Source: Octopus vulgaris (Eukaryota). Taken from it: DNA of 64,000 bases. The DNA is taken from positions 100,316,001 to 100,380,000 of the forward strand of contig OX597816.1 in the NCBI GenBank assembly GCA_951406725.2. Reading direction: 5' to 3'. The stretch's first letter is position 1; every line of letters starts with the position of its first letter. This document shows positions 54,601 to 64,000 of the stretch, one piece after another. The translations under genes were made by a program, and so were the position numbers. The notes under the pieces were generated by a model. It did no database searches. It saw nothing but the letters and a program-made list of their open reading frames with translations, and was not told the DNA's origin.

Positions 54601-54804
54601 GTGGCGAGAATGGATGAAGATAGGTGTGTGAGAAAGTGCCAATCCCTAGCAGTTGAGGGAACCCGTGGAAGAGGTAGACCCAGGAAAACCTGGGACGAGG
54701 TGGTGAAGCACGACCTTCGAACTTTAGGCCTCACTGAGGAAATGACCAGCGACCGAGACCTTTGGAAATATTCTGTACGTGAGAAGACCAGGCAGGACAA
54801 GTGA
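51682..54804 (+). pseudogene. RTE ORF: AP endonuclease, reverse transcriptase and PHD finger; 1040 codons with one in-frame stop
   Basis: ORFs 51682-51873 and 51967-54804 are in the same frame, split by TAA at 51871 (CCMQ*IRW, normally QE). APE motifs TLNV, GDFN, IDY; RT motifs DMEKAFD, QGSVLSP, YADD. Confidence 0.95.
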
Positions 54805-54885
54805 GCCCAGCCCACTTATGAATGCCTTTCCTCCCTTGGACACAAAGACCGGTTGAGGCAAGCGAAGTCGATATAGAACCTCATC

Positions 54886-55341
54886 CGACGACAGACACCC
54901 ATGCCAAACCCCCATGCTTGCGAAGACATGTTGGGGCAAGCGAAATCGAAATCGAAACCGAATTGAACCAGCCAGGATCCCTGGCCTGGTGGTACGTAAA
55001 AAGCACTATCCGACTCGTGGCCGTGGCACGTAAAGTACTCCAATGCGACCGTACGACAGGCACCCATGCCAACCCCCTTTGCTTGTGAAGACATGTTGGG
55101 GCAAGCGAAATCGAAATTGAATTGAACCAGCCAGGATCCCTGGTCTGGTGGTACGTAAAAAGCACTATCCGACTCGTGGCCGTGGCACGTAAAATACTCC
55201 AATGCAACCGTACGACAGGCACCCATGCCAACCCCCTTTGCTTGTGAAGACATGTTGGGGCAAGCGAAATCGAAATCGAATTGAACCAGCCAGGATCCCT
55301 GGTCTGGTGGTACGTAAAAAGCACTATCCGACTCGTGGCCG
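54886..55341 (+). repeat. About 3 x 160-bp tandem repeat in the RTE 3' UTR
   Basis: cacccatgccaa recurs at 54896, 55061 and 55220 (periods 165 and 159); the units are nearly identical. Confidence 0.95.
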
Positions 55342-55715
55342 ATGCCAGCACCACCTCGACTGGCTTCCGTGCCGGTGGCACATAAAATACACCAATCTGA
55401 CCGTGGCCGTTGCCAGCCCCACCTGGCACCTGTGCAGGTGGCACGTAAAAAGCACCCACTACACTCACGGAGTGGTTGGCGTTAGGAAGGGCATCCAGCT
55501 GTAGAAACATTGCCAGATAAGACTGGAGCCTGGTGCAGCCTTCTGGCTTCCCAGAACCCCGGTCGAACCGTCCAACCCATGCTAGCATGGAGAACGGACG
55601 TTAAACGATGATGATGATGATATATATATATATATACATACATGAGCATATATATATGCGTGCACGCGTGTGTGTGTGTGTATATATATGTATATATATA
55701 TATATATATACATAC

Positions 55716-56164
55716 ATAGGTGCAGGTGTGGCTGTGTGCTAACTTACTTCCCAACCATATGGTTCCAGCTTCAGTCCCACTGCTTGACACCTTGGGCAAG
55801 TGTCTTCTACTATAGCCTTGGACTGACCAAAGCCATGTGAGTGGATTTGGTTGATGGAAACTGAAAAAAGTCTGTCCTATATGTATGTATGTATGTGTGT
55901 GTGTGTGTGTGTGTGTTTGTATATGTATATGTATGTATGTTTTTGTGTGTATATTTGTGTCTGTGTTTATCCACACCCCACCATTGCTAGACAACCAATG
56001 TTGATGTGTTTACATGTTGTAAATTACCAGCTTGGTAGAGGAGATCAATAGAATAAGCACCAGGCTTACAAAGAATAAGTCCAGGTGTCAATTTCTTCAA
56101 CTGGAAGGTGGTACTCCAGCATGGCCACACTCAAATGACTGAAACAAGTAAAACAGTAAAAGAG
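55716..56164 (+). mobile_element. tRNA-derived SINE (CR1-type tail)
   Basis: Same head, body and tail as 29771-30187. Confidence 0.85.
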
Positions 56165-56185
56165 CAATATATATATATATATATA

Positions 56186-57448
56186 CAGTGGTTGGACAAA
56201 ATAATGGAAACACCATAGCATCATAATTTTGAAATATCTATAATCTATCAAAAGCTTGTTTATTTTCATTTTCTTTGATTTATTATTAGTGTTTCTTAAT
56301 GTTTTGCTAAATTTGCTGTTTCTTTTCAGATATCAAGAAAAGCTAATTAAAATTCATTAAAACGACAGATCTATCGGCCTTTCAAAGAGGTCAAATTGTT
56401 GGTATTCATATGCAGGTGCTAGCATATCAAAAATAGCCAAAATGTTTGGTGTATCAAGAAGTACTGTCTCAAAAGTAATAACAGCCTTTGAGAAAGAGGG
56501 AAAAACATCCTCTTTGAAACAAAACTCTGGAGGAAAACCAGAACTTTCAGATACGGACCGGTGGATTCTTACGCAAATTGTTAGAAAGGGTCACAAAAGT
56601 ACAGCTCCAAAAATTACTGCAGAGCTTAATGACCACCTCAAGAACCCAATTTCCACAAGAACTCTTCGCCAGGAGCTGCATAAAGCCGGGTTTCATGGGA
56701 GGGCTGCAATCAGAAAGCCACTACTTTCAAAAATAAATGTTTCAAAGCGTTTAGAGTGGAATAAAAAACTACAGAATTGGTCCCTAGAGCAGTGGAAGAA
56801 TGTTATTTTCTCAGATGAGTCTTCCTTTAGCTTATTTTCAACCACTGGCTGAGTATGTATGTGGAGACAACTAAAAGAAACATTTGACTCAGACTACCTT
56901 CTTCCAACTATTAAAAATGGAAGAAGATCTGTGATGATCTGGGGTGGGAGCTATGTCTTAGAAATCTGCCAGCCAAATGGTTTCCCTTCATGGCAGAATA
57001 AATAGGCAAGACTATTTAAGCATTTTATCTGATCAAATTCATCCTATGGTTGTAGAACTGTTTCCATAGGGAAATGCAATCTTTCAGGATGATAATGCAA
57101 CAATTCACACAACCAAAGTTGTTACTGAATGGCATGAGGAACATTCTAGTGAAATTGAACATCTTATCTGGTCACCACAGTCCCCAGATCTCAATATTAT
57201 TGAACATTTATGTTGCATTTGAGAAAAACAAGTAAGGAGTCGATATCCTTCACCATCATCTTTACAAGAACTGGAAACTGTTTTAGCTGAAGAATGGATA
57301 AAAATTCCTTTGGAATTAATTCAATCTTTGTACGAGCCCATACCTCATAGAATTCAAGCTGTAATTACTGCTAAAGGCGGTCCTATCCTATATCAAAATA
57401 AATTTGTTTTAAATTTTAAGCTATTTCCATTATTTTGTCTAACCCCTG
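56186..57448 (+). mobile_element. Complete but decayed Tc1-like transposon with DD36E spacing
   Basis: TA|CAGTGGTTGGACAAAATAATGGAAA ... TTTCCATTATTTTGTCTAACCCCTG|TA (25-bp TIRs, 2 mismatches). Transposase from about 56362 with HTH, VIFSDES, FQDDNA-36aa-E (SPDLNIIE); carries stops and frameshifts. Confidence 0.95.
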
Positions 57449-57463
57449 TATATATATTATAAA

Positions 57464-57750
57464 CTCAGGCCGACCAAAGTCTAGTGAGTGGATTTTTTTA
57501 CATAGAGACTGAAAGAAGACTGTCATATATATGTGTATATTTGTGTGTGTGTGTGTTTGTACCTCCACCATCACTTGACAACAGATGTTGCTGTGTCTGC
57601 ATCCCCGTAACTTAGCGGTTCAGCAAAAGACACCGATAGAATATGTACTAGGCTTACAAAGAATAAATCCTGGGGTCGATTTGTTCAATTAAAGGCAGTG
57701 CTCTAGCATGGCCATAGTCACATGACTGGAACAAGTAAAGCAATAAAAAA
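57464..57750 (+). mobile_element. 5'-truncated SINE (same family as 29771)
   Basis: ctcaggccgaccaaag..ccccgtaacttagcggttc..ggcagtgctctagcatggcc..gactggaacaagtaaa. Confidence 0.85.
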
Positions 57751-57939
57751 CTATGCCATTTTAATCCCAAACAATGCTAGGTATCTCTGCTAGTTTCCAA
57801 TAAAGCACTTCTCTTTGTAGATAATGTATCAAGCAGTCTAGTGAACTTAAATTAGTTTTCTGATAACGTAAGAGTAGAATATAACCCCAACCTACAGTTA
57901 GATAACTTCTGGAATAAGTTCTATATAATTGATTTGTGA

Positions 57940-58450
57940 ATGACATAACTGAGTCATGGAATGAAGGGAAACCCTCAGCTTTGAATGGTACTTGAAAAAA
58001 TATGTGGTCAGCTTATATTCAAGACTTTAAAAGTTTCTTCACGCACAAAGTCTACATCAAATCTGGAAAGATATTGTGACACTTGCAAATAATGTAGGCT
58101 TTGAAGAAGTCAAAGAGGATAATATGGTTGATTTGCTAGTGTCCTGTAGAGAAATTTTATCTAATGAGGAGCTGATGCTCTGAGAACAAGATCAAGTTGA
58201 GAATATGGAATTTCCACCAACTCCCCTTAAATAGACTGCAAAAAAGTATTGCTAACATGTTGGTACTTACAGAAAGAAGGTTTACAAGTTTGGTTTATTT
58301 TCTGACAACAACCATAATCATTGAACATAAGACAAAAATTAGAAGTGAAGTTTTCAATGAGCTGAGTTCATACATTAAGGTTTACAAAGAGATAACATGT
58401 CATAAATATCAAACAATTTTGGATAATCTTAGTCCTTCAGATTGATGATG
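57940..58450 (+). mobile_element. Tigger/pogo-like transposase C-terminal relic
   Basis: SWNEGKPSALNGT*KNMW and KDIVTLANNVGFEEVKEDNMVDLLVSCREILSNEELM resemble the AW..V....NACWKKLW / GF.EV...DV.ELL.SH...LTNEEL motifs. Confidence 0.65.
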
Positions 58451-60441
58451 ATGAGCTATAAGATTGAAGATACTGTCCCTTATCTCCCAATAAATTTCAT
58501 TCTACCACTAACATCCTCCACACAGTTGTCAACATCTTGTGTGGTAAGAATGTATCCTATTTTGATTTGATATCAATTCTTATTTGCTTACTTATTTCTC
58601 TATTATGTATGTGTGTGTGAGTATACATACCTACATACCTGTCTATCTACATGTGTATGTATATGTGTGTGTGTGTGTATATAGACACACACACTCATAC
58701 ATGCATACATACATACATACATACATACATACATACATAGTATGTTTAGAAATTATTTTCATGCATCATGTTGCTTGTTTTGTCATCATTGTTAAAAACA
58801 AAAGCTGTCAGACACATTATTACTTTATATCATTTAAATCAGTTGAAAGTTTTTCAGGAATGCAGTGCTTCCATAAGGTGGGGACACCTGTATTTATTTT
58901 ATCAGCCACAGTAAAGCAAAAGATAATGCCTGCTATAGTGGGATTTGCAGTTAAAACATATAAAGTTACAAAACATAATGACCGTATGTGAATACCACAA
59001 GCTATTCTATCCAATACTGTTACTGATCTGAAGACTAATTTGTCATATCTACAAAAGTGTGAACCATGATCAGTAGAATTATGATGTGTCAGTTGGTGAT
59101 TTAAGCTAAAGAAAATCAGTTAGGAAATAATTAAGTCTTGTGATTGAACAAGAAGAAAGTAATAACTGAAAAAGCTTAGATAAATTCAAAAGAATTTATA
59201 AATTGTAATAGAATGTAGCTGAAATCAGAGAAAGCAAAAATAAAATAAGTTAACCTGTTGAGTTAATAGCAGAAGATAATATAAAACAATGATAATGGTA
59301 ATGATTCATATCAAAACACTATAAACCTGTTAAAGCTTTAAGGCTTTAACAGGTTTGGTATAATATTTTTGTGTGTAGCAAATATAAAAGTAATAACAAC
59401 AATTGTTCTCATTGAAAGCATTGTCTATAGAACCAGGAAGTTCAGTCTGCTCTCATTGCTGCTGCAAGACTTCATTATATATCATAAGTTAGTTAACCAT
59501 CAACTTATATGCATAAATAGATCTTTGTTTTGTTTTATATTTCTTCGTATTATTCATAAAATAAACAGATACACTGAATGCATTAAGATGTGTGTGTGTG
59601 TGTGCGTGCACGAGTGTATGGATGTGTGTATACCAGAATCTGTATAGAAATAAGGAAACTAACTTGAAAAAACAAATTGTTTGTGTGACAATATTTTCAG
59701 ATGGAGGACCCATACTGTTGTCCCTTTCCATGTTAATAATATATGTTTGAGTGCCTTTCTTTAAACAAGATTGTTTATTAGTATGAAAACATGTATGAAC
59801 GGATATTTATTTGAATATATATGTGTTCTTGCTTGTAGATCTGTGTGTGTCCATATATATGTAAACAGATGTAAATATATTCTGAAAAAAAAAGCGCCAG
59901 GTGTAGATTTCTCAAGGAAAGCTACAATCAATAGATTTTTTTCTTTTATTTTTTTTGTTAGATCAGTTTATTGACAAAATTACATTGTGAATATTTTAGA
60001 AAAACATGTCTCTTACTTTGTTATAAGATGTCAAGGGAACTTTAGGATACCTATATTTTCTGATTCATCTACTGAAGTTTCTGAAGTTACTAGGTATTTT
60101 AAGTTTTCATTTTGCCTATCAAGCATTTTTTAATTTCCATGTTCTCTCTATAAGCATCAAGTGCTTTTCTACATATGCTAACTTAGTGACTATATAACTT
60201 TGTGATGTTTCCTGCATCTATATAGTTAGCTTATACATTTAGTTGTGAAAGAACAGACATTAGTATGAATATGAACAAATATTTCTGCCTTACTGTCTGT
60301 TTTTCTGAATGTATGTTTCTAACTATTTATTTCTTTGGCTATTGGTATATTAATGTGTTTAAGCCTGGTCTCTTTTGTAACTTTGTGGATTCGATAATTG
60401 GGACAAAAAATAGCAACAGACTAAAACATGTACATGAGTTG

Positions 60442-60474
<33 letters not shown>

Positions 60475-60744
60475 GTTGTGTGTGTGTGTTATTATTCAGT
60501 TCATTTCAAGATTTCTTGCCAATAGAGAAAGAACTGGTTTTTAAACTAGATCCAAGGTTCCTTCATTGGAATTTCAACATCAACAACAGGGTATTTTTGT
60601 TTGTTAGTATATATGTGTGTACGTGTGTCTGTGTGTTTGTATGTATGTATGTATGCATGTATGTATGCATGCATATATGTATGTATGTGTATCTGTTTAA
60701 CACATGCATGAGTAAATGAACATTAAAATAATGATGATGATGTA

Positions 60745-61225
60745 TATACAGGTGTGGTATGTAGTTAAGAAGTTTGCTTCTCAACTATGTGTCTTGAGTT
60801 CAGTCCCACTACACAGGATCTTGGACAAGTGTCTTCTACTATAGCCCCAGGTTGACCAAAGCCATGTGAATGAATTTGGAGACAGAAACTAAGAGAAGTT
60901 CATCATATATATATATATTTATATTTATATTATATATTTATGTATGTGTGTGTGTGTGTGTGTGTATCTATCCTTATCTAAACATCATCTGATGGTTCTA
61001 AATGTGCATCATCATCATCATCATCATTCAAGTGAAGTTGTTTTCTTTTCCAGTCCTTCGTCAAAAGAAAAAGAGTCTGATCATGGGGAAATATTACCTT
61101 GCTTGCTTGCTTGGAAATATATGAGAGCTGGTGACAAGAAAGGCATCCAGCTGTAGAAAACTTTCCTCCACAATTTCTCTCTGTTCATGCAAGCATGAAA
61201 AAGTGGATGATATATAATGATGATT
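60745..61225 (+). mobile_element. SINE with an RTE-type tail
   Basis: Head as at 29771 (gagttcagtcccact..ggacaagtgtcttctactatagcc); 3' end aaggcatccagctgtagaaaac..catgcaagcatgaaaaagtgg..(gat)n. Confidence 0.7.
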
Positions 61226-61247
61226 ATATACACAGACACACACACAC

Positions 61248-61293
<46 letters not shown>

Positions 61294-61295
<2 letters not shown>

Positions 61296-61680
61296 CTTTT
61301 ACCTTTTACTTGTTTCAGTCATTAGACTGCACCATGCTGGGTCACTGCCTTGAAGAGTTTTAGCTAAATAAATTGATCCCAGTACTTATGTTTTTATAAG
61401 TCTAGCACTTAATCTATCAGTCACTTTTCCTGAACTGCTTGAGCTATGGCTATGTACATGCACTAACACCAGTTGTCAAGTGTTAGGTGAAGGACAATCA
61501 AGTTCATGCGCACTCACACACACACACATACACACACATACAACAGTCTTCTTTCCATTTCTGTCTACCAAATCTGTTCACAAGTCTTTAATTAGTCTGA
61601 GGCTGTTATAGAAGACACTTGCCTATATATGTTCAGTCTCCAAAATGAGGACTGAGCTCAGAACCATGAGGTTCGGGGCA
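61294..61680 (-). mobile_element. Diverged SINE (CR1-type tail)
   Basis: Reverse complement of the 29771 family: cttttacttgtttcagtca..ccatgctgg..actgcc ... gaagacacttgcc..agaaccat. Confidence 0.75.
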
Positions 61681-61902
61681 TTGAATTCAAAAGGATTACT
61701 TACTGTATTTAGTACTATCAAAATCACATACATTTATCCATCTATGCCAAGGTTAAATAGGTCTACATGAATAAAAACAAAAGCAGTATGCAAGTACTGG
61801 AATTGATATAATTATATCAAAGCTGTTGAAGGTGGGTGTCTGAAGCTTAACCATAGTAAACTGACTGACAAACATATTTGTGCCTGTATATGCATACATA
61901 CA

Positions 61903-61951
<49 letters not shown>

Positions 61952-62649
61952 GTTCTCCTGAGCTATGATGGAGTGGTCAGAACAATCTGGAACAGAATAA
62001 GAAAGAAGAAAATACTAACAGACAAAGTGGATTATATTGAGACTGATGGGTCAAAAGACCAAGTTAAAACACAACTAAATATATATTGTTGTGTGAAGCT
62101 CTGAGTCAAAAAAATAACATGCACTGTTGTGGAAACCAGCTGCCCTCTGGACACTAATGCGATCAGAAAACTACAGGAGAAAGAAGACATCTATGGTTCA
62201 TTGATAAGGAGTTTATAAATTCAGTGCCTGAGTTATATTTTCAGTTTTATACCTATTATTCTTGGAGTTACAAGATATGTACCAGCCTGCCAGGAGCTAA
62301 GTATTGCTGAACTTGGTTTCTTGGGGAGAGAATGCAACTCCTTTATTCATAGGGTGCAAATGATCATGATATTTGAGACATTTTAAAATTTCAGAACCTT
62401 CTTAAGAACTAAAGGATGATTAGTAAAACCAAATGCTTTCCTGCACAACTTTGCTGCTGAGTAGGTGGCCAATCAAAATTAAATCTAAATTAAGAATATA
62501 GAGACTTAGACACACACACACATATATACACACTCGTATACATATATGAATATTAAAAACACTGACATGAAGTGTAGCCTTTCTTAGACTACTGCATCAC
62601 CTCTCATATAGAAGATTGCATCTTTGCCGTTAAGGAACTGGAAATAACT

Positions 62650-63135
62650 ACTACATACTTCATCAATGAGAGAGATCAAAATACCTCTAAGCATCTACCT
62701 TGTGGTACAAAATGAATATCAATTGTGCCAGTGCGATAGATGTCACCTGCCCCTTTAGCAGCTATTCAAAAATGCCTGCAAATCTTTCATTCTCATGAGA
62801 TATAACATTGCTGCTAAAAGCCACTCACAATGCTATTCACAAGAAGTTTTGTTTTGATAAGCAAACCAGAGGCATGACAGAACCAAAATGTATCCAGACA
62901 TTTGAATATGAGAAAAGCTAGCTGAAGACTTCGATAAAACAGTGACCCAATGCTAACATAAAAGGCCTGATATTATTCTGTTGGACAGGAAAAATCATGC
63001 ATTGTTGTAGATGTCAGCTACCCAGTGATAGTGAATATCTCATCTTAAATGGAGATGAACATTTGTGGAGAAGTAATGAGAAAATTACAGGCCTTATACC
63101 CAAGAAAGGGACTTTTCTTTGTACCCGGGATCTAC
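62650..63135 (+). mobile_element. Highly decayed R4/Dong-like fragment (zinc knuckle plus REL)
   Basis: HKRPDIILLDRKN..CIVVDVSYP..VNIS..GEVMRKLQALYP, homologous to the fragment at 4470-4944. Confidence 0.65.
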
Positions 63136-63479
63136 AAGGTTATATATATATATATATATAAAACCTTATATATATATATATATATAAATCTGCATTTTAA
63201 CTCTTAATCCCTATCTAATTCCTCGCTCATATTCGAATATCACAACCATCTAATTATATTCATGTGTATGTGTGTGTATGTATGTATGCAAGGTATGTAT
63301 ACCTGTGTATACAAGGGCGATAATACATATATATGGGTGTGTATGTGTACATATATACATGAGTACGAGTTGTGTATGTAGATATTGATATGCATAAACA
63401 TCTGTATAAATATATATATATACATGTCTAATATATATATATATATATATATACATGTCTAATATATACATATATATCA

Positions 63480-63760
63480 TCTGCGTAACCATCTTACATC
63501 ATTTTCCAGTATAAATAAAAGGTATTCCACATCACTACTGAACATTGTCTGGGGACTCAGATAGAATGGAGTGGAGCATACAACTCACTGATCCATAATG
63601 AAAAATAGGCTGCACCATACAATGGAACATCACAGATGTGCAACTTATGCCTAGAAGAACCTCTGGAAATCCCATCCAGGGAAAATGTGATAAATATATA
63701 CTCCAAGATGATCATATTGTGTAAACATACAAGCAGAACATCATTTCTGGAATTTGAAAA
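63480..63760 (+). mobile_element. Naiad-type Penelope-like GIY-YIG C-terminal fragment
   Basis: YSTSLLNIVWGLR*NGVEHTTH*SIMK..AAPYNGTSQMCNLCLEE..NVIN..MIILCKH, the CxxC...CxH tail pattern of Naiad-type PLEs. Confidence 0.75.
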
Positions 63761-64000
63761 AAGCATTTTGGAACAGAATAACATCAATTACCCTTAGCAT
63801 ATTATAGAACAAGGAAGAAACACAAGCAAATAAACAAACCAACCAATATTTAGGACACTTTACACTATACCAACAGAAACAACTAAAAGGTCACCCTAAG
63901 AAAACATCATTTATCAATTCAGACAATAAACCCCAATAGCTGATAGCTGTAGTGGACATACCAGCTGACCTGTTTACATCAGACTTCATTGAAGATAATC

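Larger units (their letters stand above)
51170..55621 (+). mobile_element. Near full-length RTE-clade LINE (about 4.45 kb)
   Basis: About 510-bp 5' region, a single long APE-RT frame, a 3' UTR with repeats, the terminal palindrome CCATGCTAGCATGG and a (GAT)n tail; embedded in (TA)n at both ends. The 5' boundary is approximate. Confidence 0.96.

Noticed and set aside
52156-55588. Antisense and 3' UTR ORFs of the RTE (e.g. 235 aa at 54881-55588, 139 aa at 53403-53822)
   Set aside because: Shadow frames of the RT ORF or products of tandem repeats with periods divisible by 3; no recognisable domain.
63560-63600. In-frame TGA in the Naiad fragment as selenocysteine
   Set aside because: It aligns to a conserved Trp position (TGG>TGA decay), and a TAG stop lies nearby.

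Overview
AT-rich eukaryotic DNA full of (TA)n, (CA)n and (CAT)n microsatellites. It reads as intronic sequence from a large-genome animal; the repeat families look like those of octopus/cephalopods (inference from recognising the families, not a database result). No complete host gene is present, only a few short +strand exon candidates (best: 3432-3497 and 32266-32367). The window is dominated by mobile DNA. It holds one near-intact RTE-clade LINE (about 51170-55621; APE-RT ORF with an inserted PHD finger and one nonsense codon) and about ten truncated relatives. It also holds CR1-type LINE fragments, R4/Dong-like and HERO-like restriction-endonuclease LINE fragments, Naiad-type Penelope-like relics with hammerhead-ribozyme-like motifs, a complete decayed DD36E Tc1-like transposon, a Tigger/pogo relic, a piggyBac-type MITE, a probable Helitron-related element and several tRNA-derived SINEs. 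Most interesting: hammerhead motifs sharing a non-canonical stem II junction, a PHD-bearing LINE that repeatedly sits in TA microsatellites, hypervariable (partly palindromic, CRISPR-looking) arrays in the RTE 3' UTR, and one SINE head coupled to two different LINE tails. Element boundaries were read by eye and are approximate unless a TSD or TIR is quoted.
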